A stretch of DNA of 64,000 bases from Chrysomallon squamiferum. Taxonomy: Eukaryota > Animalia > Mollusca. The stretch spans positions 14,942,001 through 15,006,000 of the forward strand of contig CM022666.1 of NCBI GenBank assembly GCA_012295275.1. The letters run 5' to 3'. Below are positions 14,121-28,170 of the stretch, one piece after another. Position 1 is the stretch's first letter, and the number at the start of each line of letters is the position of its first letter. The notes below the pieces were generated by a model, which was not told the origin of the DNA, did not search any database, and saw only the letters and a list, made by a program, of their open reading frames with translations. The translations under genes and the position numbers were made by a program.

Positions 14121-14456
14121 ATAATTATGTATAAAATTGGTTAATTTACTTCTACTTTTTTTTTTTTTTTTTTTTCTTTTTTTTTTCTGGGATGTTTTTT
14201 TTTGGAATGTTTTTTTTTTTTTGTTTTTGTTTGTTTTTTGTTGTTGTTGTTTTCTCACTGCAAATAACTGAAAACATAATATTGAAATTTAAATTAAAAA
14301 AATAATTAAGTAACTAAATATTATATTATTCTTATGTAACATGTTAATTTTTTGTATCCAGACTAGTTATTCTTTTAATTACTTTGTTTTTAATTGATTA
14401 TTTTATTTTATTTTACTTTTTTTTTTTTTTTGTATTTTTATTTTTTAATTATCTAA

Positions 14457-14513
<57 letters not shown>

Positions 14514-14516
<3 letters not shown>

Positions 14517-14870
14517 GGTGTCCCAAAAGTAACTGAACTGCAAACTTAAATAAAATTAGATATTAAAAACAACAAATTTAATCTGTATATTTAGTATTTA
14601 CAAATGTTCAAAATGTCTACCTTGAACTTCCATACAAAAACGAACTGTTTTTGGACGACCTTTTTTAGAAGCATTTGACACACTTCCAGTTTCTTCAAAT
14701 TTGGATACAAGATTGAACATTGTCGATTTACTCGGAACAGGTGTTCTAAAGCTTACTTCCCATCTTCAACATGCTTTTAGCTAGTCAACATGCTTGTAGC
14801 TAGTCATTGCATAGTAATTCTTAATAACGAAGATACGTTCGTTTAAATCTAAAGTTCTTCGCTGCATTTT
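14514..14870 (-). mobile_element. Tc1/mariner (DUF4817-type HTH) element remnant, internally deleted, one TIR
   Basis: TA|CAGGGTGTCCCAAAA terminus inside a (TA)n tract. Translation MQRRTLDLNERIFVIKNYY...PVPSKSTMFNLVSKFEETGSV..GRPKTVR is joined directly to the transposase C-terminus CMEVQGRHFEHL*. Confidence 0.8.
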
Positions 14871-16433
14871 TAAGAGTGAGGGTACCATTTCAAGTCAAAC
14901 CATGGAGAGTCCAGTAGCACGCGCTGAATAAGAATCAAGCTATGACGTAGGAACAAAACAATAAGATCAGTGAAAAGATTCAGGTGTAACTTCTGCCTTT
15001 ATTGCAGTACAGAAAGCAACTGTCCGAAGAGCGAGTTGCAAGAGAAAGAACATGGAACACCTAGGAGAACATGAACAGTATTAAAAGACCGCGTCGTCGC
15101 GGTAAAACAGAAGTCTCCATCACGAAGAACACTACAGTCAGGTAACAAAAATCATTCCAAAGACTACTACTCACAGAAGTAAATGAATAATACAAAAGAT
15201 AACATAAAATGACATAAAAGATGGAATTAAATTTGTTATTTTTAATATCTAATTTTATTTAAGTTTGGATATACACAAAAACAAAAACACACATACATAC
15301 ATATCTCTATACACACAAAAATACACACCTGCACATTTACACACATACATACATATATATATATATACATAACATATATATATATACATATAAATATATA
15401 TACACAAACACACAACTATATATATATATAGACATACATACATATACACATATATACAAACTCACATCTATATATCTATACACACATCTATATATACATT
15501 TATAATCACATGCACACACACAATATATACATACACATACATGCATACATATATATATATACACACATACATATATAAAAGAATAAATCAAAAAAGAAAA
15601 TGAAAAGAAATAATCATTGCAAAAATATTAAGAATATGAATGTTTCAGATTTTGCCACACAATGAATCTTTCACAATGATTGTAGAAAATTTACAAGCTA
15701 GTTATTTTTCAACATCTGAAACAATTAAAGTAACACAAGTTTGGAGAAACATGAGAAGAAACAAAGAAAGAAAGAATAGAATATAAGAAAGGAAAGAATG
15801 AAGGAATGAAAAAACAAAACAATAATGAAATAAGAAAAATAAGAAATACAAAAGAAATGAAAATAATAATTTTCATTGATTTTCAATGGACCATATTTAA
15901 TTACATAACACAATTTTTTTTTTTAAAGTTACTATTAAGACAAATAAAAGTATGCAAGGAAAAAGTAGATAAAAAGAAAAAAAATGGAAAAAGGAATAAA
16001 AAACAAATAATAAATAAATATTAAAATAAAATAAAAATAAATGAAAGGAAAAAGAATGAAATGCAAAGGAAAACAACAACAACAAATAAAAAAAATACAA
16101 ATAAATAAAATAAAATAATAATAAATAAATAAAAATAATAATAAATAAATAAATAAATAAATAAATAAAAAATAAAAAATAAATAAAAAAAAATAAATAA
16201 AAATAATAAATAAATAAATAAATAAATAAAAAATAAATAAATAAATAAACAAAACAAATAAAAAATAAATAAAAAAATAAATAAATAAATAAATAAATAA
16301 ACAAAAAAGGAAATCAAACAAATAAATAGCAAAACAAACACTGGCAGAAACAGACAAATAAATAAAAAAAATAAATAAATAACATTTCAAACAAACATTA
16401 ATAATTGAACTGTAATTAAATCTGCTTTGAAGT

Positions 16434-16491
<58 letters not shown>

Positions 16492-16549
16492 CAAATGAAA
16501 AAGAAGATTAGAAGAAAAAAAAAGAAAGAAAAATAAAAAAAAAACAAAA

Positions 16550-17404
16550 AAAGCTGAATGACAGAATACAGGAAAGAATGAAGAAGTTAAAATGAAAAAA
16601 ATAAAAAAAAAAAAAATATATAATAATAATAAATATAAAACTAAGGAAGGAAACAAAGAAGGAATGAATGAAAAATAACACAGCAATCATTTTCTACATA
16701 AACATTATACACATTTAGCAGTAAAAACAAAAATCAGTTTTTAGAATATCACATTTATTATTATTTTTTTTTTTTTAAATCAATCAATAATCCTGACATC
16801 AAATTAACAAGCATTAAATAAAAAAAAAATTCAACAATTTTTTTTTTAAATATCTTCTGTTAAATAAAGCACATAATTCAGTAATGACACATTTCACAAT
16901 ATCCACAGATTTCACAAAACATTACTATTGTCATAATTTACTGCAGTAACAATAAATATATGAAATATGAGATCAGCAATTCATTCTAATAAAAACTTTG
17001 TAAATTCTAGTCTCCTTTCACTCATTATTTAAATGAAATCACAGTTTAAGTGTATTAAAATAAAAACTTCATTTCAGTTTAAATCAGAAATATAAAGTGA
17101 AACATTTACCTGTTACACGTGTATTGTAATACAGTGTAATGTGTTCAAACAGTTAATTTACTCTTCACAAAAACACAGGTACACAGCACATAAAGAGTTA
17201 ACTAATTAACAAAGTAGACTAGATAGTCAACATGGAGTGGAGGTGTAGAGAGACACTGTAGACTGAGGATTACTTCTAATGAGATTTAAAACTGAAAATT
17301 TACTAAATTTATTACTTTTACAAATAATTTAGATAGTAAGTGTAATAGTCCATGTGTGTGTACAACTGTACATCTGTATGTCTGTGTGTGTATGTGTGTG
17401 TGTA

Positions 17405-17453
<49 letters not shown>

Positions 17454-18710
17454 ATGACACTGATAGCCTGTGTTTGTCACTGAGAATATTTATATTTAGT
17501 TTATTTAAATATAGTACAGAGATAAACAATAACAGACAGACAGACAGTTATTTACTTTACAAATTTACTTTTGTTGTTTGTTTTTAAAGTAATTACTGTT
17601 TTGTTAAATAATTTTACTTTATGGGCAGATTAAAGAAGAGATCAGTTTGAGCAAAGTGGAATTCTTTGATAAATCAGGTAAAATTTTCACTTTCACATCA
17701 AAATAAGCAGGACTGTAAACAGCAAACACAGGTATCAACGGTTGTGACACGTCAACATCAGTCAGTGTGTGTACAAGTGTGTTAGTGTCTGTGTTTATTA
17801 TGTGCAGAGTGTTTTACTTTGTGTGTCTAGTACTAGTGTAAGTGATGTGTGGACTAGTGTGTTTGTTTTATAGTCACACACTGGAACATCACACTTGTAC
17901 TCACCACAGGAGAAAACAAGAAAACACATTTTGTTGTGATCTTTACAACTGATAAAACTAACACACCAAGCATGTTTATTTTTAGATATTTGAATTTCCT
18001 CATCACAATGTCTCTCCTCACAGATTCCAATCTGAGCTGCTACGTAATTCAGTTTTGCACTTTCTAAAATGTGACAGGTTATTTCACTTTCCCAAATGTA
18101 ACATTTGTTTTCTGTAAAACTTATGTCTCCTGTTACTCCATACATAACTTTCATCCTGTCTTCATTTTGGTTTTCTTTACAGATCTTTTGTTAACTAATT
18201 CCTTGTTTTCATTAATACAACATTTCTCCCAATTTAGTGTTTTTTCTGAAAACTTCATTGGTGTCACTGTGAAAATAAAATATGTTGTTAAATATTTCAC
18301 TTTTACAAACTGCACTGTCACTTTATACAATTGTTAACAATCAAATACAATTTTAAAACTTGTGTTTTTACACTTAAAAAATGAAAGTAAATAAATAAAA
18401 TGTTTTATTAAAATAATTTGTTTCTACATTTAAATTTTATTATGTTCTTTACTTTCAATATACACAACTTATAATTTTTTTTTTTTTTTAAAGATTATTT
18501 ATTGTTATTATTATTTTTGTCTTTATCAACATTATCATCATGTATTTTTATCATCATTATTATATTTAGAAGTAAATAAATAAAAATTGTTACTTACATG
18601 AAACTTCTCTGTGGATTCCTCTGTGACTGACAGGTTCAGGTTTTAAACACAGAAGTTTTCTTGTTTCAGGTGATTCTGTAAATATTATTATTATTATTAT
18701 TATTATTATA

Positions 18711-18763
<53 letters not shown>

Positions 18764-19105
18764 AACTGTAAAATCAGAAGTAATACTAGTAGTGTCTTTA
18801 GAAGGAAAAATTAGTAGTATAACTTTTTATTACTTTACAAATTAGGAATAGAAGTGTGAAAAATAAAAATACTGAATGACAGAAAAATTAAAAGATTAAC
18901 TACCTATTTAAACTGAAAACACGTTATCTACTTATCTATACAAAATCTATAAATTCATTCAAAATTTGTGAACCTGTTAACAGTGAAAAATACCGCCTCG
19001 ATGTTCGCTTCTCAAAATGTGCTCAAACCAGACAAGACACGCGACTCGATGTTATAAGTAGGTCAACTTACGTAAAAATAAAACCTACCGTAGTAACCGT
19101 AATAA
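16550..19105. repeat. Segmental duplication copy 2 (SPRY cassette)
   Basis: Colinear with 880-3270. Confidence 0.9.
17619..18266 (-). pseudogene. TRIM B terminal exon, PRY/SPRY-like, disrupted by a 1-nt deletion (~18177) and a 2-nt insertion (~17810)
   Basis: Acceptor TTTTCACAG| at 18267, phase 1, matching the donor at 21475. Colinear with 1825-2473. The spliced frame hits TGA at 18151-18153. Confidence 0.7.
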
Positions 19106-19745
19106 TAACGTTTAATCGATGTTGAACCATGAATGTACTTGGAAATTATTTTATACACAAAATAAAGTCTTACGCGATGACAGTGCTCGAAATGCTACCA
19201 ACATCAAATTAGTATTAATGGAAAATTATTGTTTAAAATAACAAATAAACTTTGCTTTTTGTTCTTTATTTTATGTTTTTATTTTTATTTTTCTGTTACA
19301 GCGCTTATACAAATTGCAGACTGCGTCTATTTTTAGATGCACTGTAAACAGTAGCTCCGCCCACATGCCTGAAGCTACAGAATTAGGACACAGTGTCTGA
19401 TTAAATAGCAACGTGTTTTCTATTTTTTTTCCTCAATGGGTTAAATTTTATTTTATTTTATTTTATTTTCGAATAATTTACGTTTGAAGTTTAGATGTTT
19501 TTTTTAAAAGTATTGAGAGTCATATTATTGCATTTTAAGGTGGTTAAAATGTCACTGTAAAAAAAAAAAAAAAAAAAAACAAACAAAAAACATATGTGCC
19601 TAACAAATCTGAACAGCAGAGAATAATTTTCTTTGCACATGATTTTTCAGTCTTAAGTATTTTAAAAATATAGTTTGTAAAAAAAAGTATAATGGTGTGT
19701 GATATATGTATAGTCATATAAATACATACAAACTCACACATAGGC

Positions 19746-19795
<50 letters not shown>

Positions 19796-20111
19796 TAAAA
19801 TGACTACAAGCATTCGATTTTTAACCACAATTTTCTGAAATACACAAACTCAGCGAAAGCTTTGAGCCCATTCCAGAAAAGTGTTGGAGATACTAATCAG
19901 GGACAATAAATAACTCGGATATTTGAAACAGAAAAAACAATTCTTAGTTTTGTATAGCTGTGATTTGACTGAAAACAAAAGTTATCTATCATGTGACCAC
20001 TGTTGGTATTTTCTCCATTGAATGTAATCAACACTTAAAGGAAAAATAAACAATCTTTCAAAAATCAATTACTGATACTTAACAAAATAAATAAATAAAT
20101 AAATAAATAAA

Positions 20112-20188
<77 letters not shown>

Positions 20189-21475
20189 GAGTGATTAGTT
20201 TTAATTCAGCAATCGAGTAAGAAATTTTGGATTCATCGAGTTTCATTTTTGCCGTTTATCGTGAGAATTTTGCAGACAAAATAATCGTCTGTGTTTTAGA
20301 GTTCCATGAATATCAATTTCAGTAAGTTTAACAAACGCGAGTTGTCAGCTGGCAGCCAAGTTTCACTTCCGGAGCTCAGTTATTTGTTAGAAAATTGATC
20401 ACATGATAAGTCTTTACTAAATTTAGCATTGAGCGCATGAAGTGTAACGTACGCGCACCTACAATTTGTACAAAGACTAACAGTTATTGTGTTAAATGCA
20501 AATGTTGTAACCTGCAACGCTGAGATCTGACTTTTCAAACGATGCATAAGCACAATTTGTATTAAATGAGCAATTTCTATTGCAGATACTATTTATATAT
20601 CTTACAGTAAATGTAATATATATTTGTAGCTGCATGTTTTTTCTCGTAAGTGTCCATTACTCATTTCACTGGATGCTGACTTAACTGCGACCATATTGTA
20701 TATTTTCAGTTATCATGAAACAACGATTAACATTGACAGCACGACGATATTGTAGGTTATTACGGTAATGTGATCTCTCCACAACACTTCAGCAGACGAT
20801 TTATAAATATCATACATGTGCACCAGTTTGATCCGGTTTTTGGATAATGTCCTACTTTTAAATTATTGGAATCCTATCCCTATAGATAATATTTATAAAT
20901 AGAATGATAAACACATCAGTGATGTATTATTTTTATTTTCATATTACCTTGTTAATAATTGTAGGGAACAGTCATTATATGTGTATGCAACTAACTTTCT
21001 ACACGATTTATTGAAAACTAAAAAACATTGCTTGAAACAATCATGCGCTTTTGTAGGTGCTGTTAAAAAATGTCCTAAAAGTAAAATCTGCCCAACGAAA
21101 AAAAAACAAAAAAAATCAACAGCAGTTAATTTCGCTGAATTTATTTATATATTTATGTATTTAAACGTTAGACATAATCAGAAAATAATGACGTAGTCCA
21201 GATATTTTATAACTGTAATACATTCTTATACACTGTTACCAACTGAAACTGCACAAGAAAATAAAAGTAGTCAAACTATTACTACACTGAGTGACAGTAA
21301 GTGTCGACAGTGTCGTGATGTGGTTGTAACTCAGTGGTTGCCATGATAATGCATCTTCTATAGTTACGCGATTTTGACGACCGTATTGATAGTGGTAAGT
21401 ACTTAAATGAATAATAAAATTAGTTTTATTTGCAAACAAAGTATTAGATTACTTAAAAACATATTTCGAACTCAC

Positions 21476-22847
21476 CGTTTTCTCTGCTGTGAAACACAAA
21501 CTGTTCCTCTTGTAAGTTTTCTCCGTTGACAGTGAGTGAGATTTTGTGCGGACCTGTCACCTCGGGTTTGAACTGGAAACTTCCAGTAATAGCAGAAACA
21601 GAAGTCAACGTTTGTTTTACAGCTGGCTCGTTTCCTCCAGGCGGTTCGATAACGGCATCTATTTTTATATTTTCATCATCATGTTCTTCTAACAACAGTG
21701 TGTACTTGAGAACGTCGGAGACTTGTCCCGTTCCAACGTCAGACAACTCAATGTAAGGACGGAACTGCGAGACGTTACACACGATTGCTGATTTGTCTAA
21801 GCTTCTTTCAACACGTTTTAAAAGCTTGAAATCTACATCAATATTCTCTATTTGCAGTTCAGGCAGTGAAAGCGACAAAGATTTTGTTTTGTTTTCGAGC
21901 ATTCCTGACGTCTCGATAAGTTCAATCTCTGTCGCAAATTGTAATACTTTTTGACAATAAAGAAAATGTTCATCGTTTAACTTTTCTGTCTTTTCCACAA
22001 CTTCCAGCTGTTCATCTCTGTCAGATTTTTGTTTTCTTACACTGGACACTACGTCTTCCTTCATCTGTGTTGTGACGACACTAATCTTGTCTACTATTGT
22101 CTTGTGCATTTCATCAATCTCATTTACAAGATCGTGCTGTATTTTATCAAGTGAGTTCTTTTCTTCACTTAGTTTCTCTCTGTATGCTGTGCAATGTTTT
22201 CTTGATTCAATTAAATCACTCAAGGCAGTTTTGATTCGTTCTTTATGTTCATCGTAGACATCTTTAGTGTTAGACAGCGTGTGATTCAAATGTCCTACAA
22301 GAACGCAGGACGAACAGACAGCTAACGAACAGGTTTTGCAGAAAAGTTCTTTTTTCATATTGCTGTGTTGCTCGCAAATATCTGGGTGATGGAAAAAGTC
22401 GCTTTCTGACAACTGGGATATTGGAACAGTCTTGTGATGTTGTGAAATTGTAAACTTTTTATGGTATTCAGAGCAAACCTCGCACATCGGCTCAGAACAG
22501 TCGAGACAGTGCAGAGTTGCCATAGATCTGTTGGGACATTTCTTGCACATAACTTTCTCTGGATTGTTTTTTAGTGCAATGTACTCAACAAGGTTACAAA
22601 CAGTTTTATTCTTAGGAAATGTTGTCTCAATGCTGTTTTCAACAGGCCACAGTTTCCGACAGTTCGGACATGTTATACCTTCCGTTGATTTCTGCCAAAG
22701 AGCTTCCAGACACTGATAACAAAAGGTGTGGTTACAAGGCAAAAGATGAGGCATTCTACCGGCATCGTCAAAATATTCTAAACATACTTCACAAATCACG
22801 AACTCGTCTTTTATTTCGAGCAAAGGAACGCTAACCGCTTCCGCCAT
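21476..22847 (-). CDS. TRIM paralogue B (TRIM45-like E3 ligase: RING, B-box1, B-box2, coiled coil, filamin-type Ig), main coding exon
   Basis: 464-aa ORF 21453-22847. RING CEVC..PCNHTFCYQC..CPNC, two B-boxes, heptad-rich coiled coil, filamin-like motif IEPPGG..GSFQFKPEVTGPHKISLTVNGENL. Phase-1 donor AACG|GTGAGT at 21476/21475, or read-through to the stop at 21453. Confidence 0.9.
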
Positions 22848-23349
22848 TGTCTAATTTTTCAATTTTTTTCCAGTAGTGTGTATTCACTGAAGATCAAATT
22901 TGTTGCATAGTTCAGACGCGTCCAATAATTTCATTTCGAGTCAGTATTCCTTTCAGACATTCTGTCTTGTTCAAACTTTCTTGTACTATGAAATTTTAGG
23001 TTAAGCTGTTTCAGGCTTAATCTGAAATGAGATGGGTTCTTATTGTTAATATTTTCCTCACATAAAAAAAAAGTAATTATTTTATTACAAAATATATATT
23101 CAGCAGACTGGTTTGTCAAAGCCATTCTAGTTTGTACAACATAACTTTACATCTTCCTAGTGAACTCTGGGTAGGAGCTCTGCCAGAGGCTCTGATGATA
23201 ACAGTTATTTTAAACCTATCTTAAAGAAACAGTAAACCTCCAGAACAAACTCTGCTCATTTCGTTTACCATCCTCCAACAAGTCTTGATGTCACTGCGCA
23301 AGTGCAAGACGAAAACTGATCCGTGTACCGCAATGCACTACTGAATTTA

Positions 23350-23394
<45 letters not shown>

Positions 23395-23658
23395 TACCAC
23401 CGCCACTACTACTGCTATTAGTACTACAGATGTAGTAATAACGAATGAATTATAAGGCTAATCTTATAAATTAAAAATACAAAGCGACAATACCTGTGAT
23501 ATAATCGTTTTCTTTTATATCTTCTTGCTGTTACAAACACTCTTTGTAACTTTGGTCCTTAATAAAGTCTTTATATCATCCTACATACAGTTTGTAACTG
23601 TATTAGTTATTAAACAAGGTTTCCTTGGTAATAGTTATTAACCTCGTCACATCAGAAC

Positions 23659-23695
<37 letters not shown>

Positions 23696-24979
23696 GATAA
23701 CAGATACTAACGTCGTTATATATTTGTATTTGCTGCTATTTACAAACACAGTTTGTAATGTTAACAGTTACTTATATCTTTAAACTTGCTGCCGTCAATA
23801 AAGTTGATAATTATTACATATGTTATTTCTCTACGCATCTTGCTGGTAATGTTTTTAAAAAGAAAAAACAAATCTTCATAGTTTGCCGTCCTACGTCATG
23901 TTATAAGTAACACTGCGAAAATAGTCCCGTAACTGCAGGTATTCAAAATGTCCTTATATGGTTAATATTAACCACTGCGGTCATATCACTACGCCTCGTG
24001 ACCTCTTTCTTTTAAAGAGGGTCGTATCTAACATCCTTGTTAAGACTCAAGAAACTAACTTTTTAATAAAGTTCGAAGACGTTTTTCATGTCAGTTTATA
24101 TATCTGCGTGTACATATTTGGCCTTCTTTTCCATAAATAATGTGATTATATTTTAATGGAACATTTTAAAGGTGCTTGTTACCTCCGCGGTATAAAACCC
24201 GTGATTACCAGTGTTGGTATATAACCAATGACCACTTTCCACATCACAACGTTTTATTGGTTACTGTTAACGTAAACTAGTTTCGATTGTGAAACGAGTG
24301 AGTCATCACATTCTTCTAATATTTATTTGCACAGGGCCGAATCTGAAAGTTTCAAGAGGGTATAGTGTTGTTGTTGGTGTTGGCGATCGTTTGCACGTAC
24401 TGTTTATAGCAACTACCTCCACAAACTGGTTTTCATGTCTTACCTGTTGTCAAATATGTCACCCCCAAAACAGACCGACGTATTGAACTGATTTCAATGA
24501 AATAAAAACAAAAATTAATTTCTGATGACTAAATAGAAAACGTTTATGAGGTGTTAAATGTTAAATAGAAAATGTATAAGGCGTGAACCCTGAAGAAGAT
24601 CAATAGTTTGTATTACAAGCTTTTGAACAGATAATTTATGTCATACAACAGGCAGTTTTAAAATGAGTGTTGTCTGTATTATTATATTGTGTCGTATGTT
24701 TTTGTAATTATAACTTATAATAAAAAAAAAAAATATTATTTATTTATAGTTTTATTTTTTTTTTTTATTATTTACCCCCCCCCCCTTTGGTGTTCTTTCA
24801 TCTATTTTTTTCTCTGCTTTATTTTTCCGTTTTTTGTACTGAAATAAGGTGAAGAAATAAATTCAAGGTTTCATAAAATTGTAGGTGCTCGTCGTCCTAA
24901 TGATACAGATAAAAAATATATATGTTTCATTATTAATATAAAAAAGAAAGAAGAATAAATCGAATATCCCTAAGCTTTT

Positions 24980-25019
<40 letters not shown>

Positions 25020-25026
<7 letters not shown>

Positions 25027-25130
25027 GCGTGGGTAGCCGCCTCGTTATGCCTCTAAATATGACGTCAACAATTGCAATAACGTCACAAGCTGTTCGCTAG
25101 GTAGGTGGAAGGTCACGTGTTTGTCAGTGT
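25020..25130. promoter_or_regulatory. CpG-rich motif cluster (CRE TGACGTCA, E-box CACGTG) upstream of TRIM B
   Basis: TGACGTCA at 25060-25067 and CACGTG near 25114. A candidate minus-strand 5'UTR donor CAG|GTAAGA lies near 24443. Confidence 0.35.
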
Positions 25131-27949
25131 GGTATCAAGATATTGCTCTTGATCGGAAGTTATTTCCGAAACTGGCATTTACCAAACTGGGCATTATGTT
25201 TTTTCAGTACTCCGATCTAGATTCCTTTGTCACTCCGTCTAAGTTAACGTCCAATTTAATTAACTTTCAAAATTATATTTCAGCTGACGTTTCTAAAGTT
25301 AGTAGCTTTTTCTGTAAACAACTATCAAGTGAAATTATTCCTTGTTTGTTTTTATTATTTTCTATAAACAGTTGTTTTCTTTAGGAATAATTTATTACTA
25401 ACAATACTAACATTAGAAATCGTTTAGATAGTAAATTTTTATTATAAATGTTATTATCTGTTATGTGTCGTATGCTGTTGAAAGAAAATGAAAATCCTAA
25501 TTCATTATTCCTCACCATTGTAAATTATTATCATTCTTATTAACTGTCCTTGTTATTATTTTGATAAACTGTACCTTAAATGCAGCAACAGTGAGTAATC
25601 ACATCCCCCACCTCAGACTCAAGACTTGAAAATGAGCTGTCCTGGGGAACTGTTCACAAAAATGTCAGTGTTAAATTTTATTTTGAAATATATAAATTAT
25701 TTGCGAGGGACAGAACTAAAAGCACCAAGCATGATCTAAAGATATATAAACACCGTTAATGTGTCTCAGGTTTATTTGTCCGTGTTTAAACGTAAAATAC
25801 TTGAGTAATTCCTCCAAGACACGTCGATATGTGGTAAATACTGTCACTGGTGATATCTTAAGGAACCCAGGACAGTAATGGTCTGCCAGTATTGATGAGG
25901 GGTGTAAAATGTTATCTGTGTGTCCGTGGTGAAAGAGAGTTCAAGAGAGAAGAGAGAATATCTGGCAAGAGAGAAAGACATTTGGGCCAATTCTCTGCAT
26001 TACAATTACTATACTATTTTATAATTTAACACTGTTATTGTACATCATGTTGTACAATCAGGCAGAGAAATTAAAGGTATAATCAAGATCGAACTTGAGT
26101 GGCTTTTGTGTGAGGGTGCTTTATGCACTCGGCCACATTTTGTTTAAAATATTTAATAAGAGATAAAATGATAAGATGGTGATAAACAAATAGTTTTATT
26201 GATACGTGATACTCTTTCTCTGCATTTTATTTATAACTAACAAAACATTCTCAACTTCGGAAAATAATATGATTAATAATAACTGACCTAACAGGAAAAA
26301 GAATAAACTATGCCATTATGTATTTATCTTGCTAATATTTGTTTTTACTTTATTTTCACGTTTATTTCTTAGTTTTCTCTACCGGCTTACTTTTTCAGAT
26401 TCTACATTATTATTTATTTTAATTTATTTTTCTTTTTTTAAATTCATTTTATTTATTTCTGCCAAAAGTAGTTCTATTGCATTATTCACGAACGTTCTCT
26501 TTCTTTTCCTCATTGTACTATCAGAATTCTTTAACACTGTTTCCATCCTTGTGTCAAATATGCTGAAAATTAAAAGTCAAAAGTAATATTTCATTATAAT
26601 TTTCCTTACGATTAAAATTCCATAATAATAAGTATAAAATTGCTGCTTTTTCTGTCGTTATCATATTATATACTCTCTCTCTCTCTCTCTTTGTGTGTGT
26701 GTGCCTAGAAGTCTGTTTAGATGTGGGCTTTTTATATTTATATAAAAATTGTATAAAGGCAAGAGCGGTCATACTAGAGTTTCATTCTGATCTTCCGACC
26801 CTCTGTATATTTCTCTATACGCAAGTAAATGTATGTTTTTGTATAATAATGATGCTGCAACATACCGTTTGACAAAGTCAAATAACAAGATAAAAGAAAG
26901 AAACAAAAATAAAATAATTAAACAATAAAAATGTTTAAACAAAACGAGAAAAATTAGAAGAAACAACATGTAAACAAGAAACAAGGTAAAGAAAAAAACA
27001 AGAAACAAAAAATATCCAGTAAAGACGGAACATAAGAAGAAAAACAGAAAAGATGAACCAAGAAAAGCAGAGAAAGAAAGAGAAAATATTATGCAGCACA
27101 AATACGAGATATTCCTGGAATATTTTGTTGTGGACTTCTTTTCTTTTGATGTTGCACTCGGTTTTTGCACCAACGCAGGAAATACACGTGCAACAATATA
27201 CAGAGCAGAAGTTTGTTTCCTTTGTCCATTTTTAATATTGCAGTTTCTATTTCTTTCACTGGAAATTGGTTTAATTCGCTTCAGGCTTCAGGCTCTATAT
27301 GATTTATAAATTTTAAAAAAAATCCTAAAAAGAACAGTGAAAAGAGTAATGTATGTTGTGTGGTTGGAAATGTAATTTGAAATGTGCGGACATTTAATAA
27401 GCCTGAGCGTGTTTACAATACTAGACAAACCCACCTTGGAAGAATATAAGCGCTCTGATGGTCGTGGAAATTCCTTGCAAAATATTTTGTTCAGTGTTAG
27501 ACATACCCTGCGTGTTACACACTACAACACAGCTGTTATAACTGGCTATGTTGATTCAGGAACCACGGAAAATCTGCAAAAATTAAATTGCTTGTAATTA
27601 CGTCTGTTGACGACAAAAACGGTTATCTGAACATCGTTAATGAGTTGATATAAAATGGCGAACCAACACCAATATTTAAATTCATTATATTTAACAGACA
27701 AGTTGCCAGGGTTAGTGACCGTGATGGGAAACAGGTGACAATGCACAAGTACACCTGACCTAATCTATCGTAAATCACAAACGTTATGTGTTCTTAAATG
27801 TGCCACAGTGCTAAACCAGATATGTTAAAAACGGTTTACTATAGCGATTATAGGGAAAAAAGTCACAATTTTTTAAAATTAAAATTAAGAAATATATTAG
27901 AAATAAAAGATAGATGAAACACATGTTTATTGATTTTAATGTTGATTTG

Positions 27950-28170
27950 GCTTAGGCGGATGTTCCACCCTATACCACGAAGAAATTCTGCCAGTCTCGC
28001 AGTCCTCAAAGTTCTCTCTGCAAGTCTGTTATTGTTGAACCTCGACAATTACAAGTAGATTTTTTGAAGCATTTCCACCACAACTTTGTTTTGTGAGTTT
28101 CATGTTTGGTAGACATGAACCCCTCATAACAGATTTTGATACCAGCCTTACTGCTGTGAATAACTTCCAT
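27950..28170 (-). mobile_element. MULE-type transposase remnant (FLYWCH-like zinc finger fused to a C-terminal tail)
   Basis: SSKAGIKICYEGFMSTK..LWWKC....CNCRG fits FLYWCH spacing. The adjacent frame gives LAEFLRGIGWNIRL, like animal MULE C-termini. No TIRs identified. Confidence 0.6.

Noticed and set aside
14943-15136. Solo-LTR-like segment (minus strand TGTAGTG...AATAAA...CA)
   Set aside because: No target-site duplication, PBS or second copy could be identified in the window.
15255-16690. Cluster of long hydrophobic Phe/Ile/Tyr/Leu ORFs
   Set aside because: These are translations of (TAAA)n, (TA/CA)n and poly-A tracts, with no domain content.
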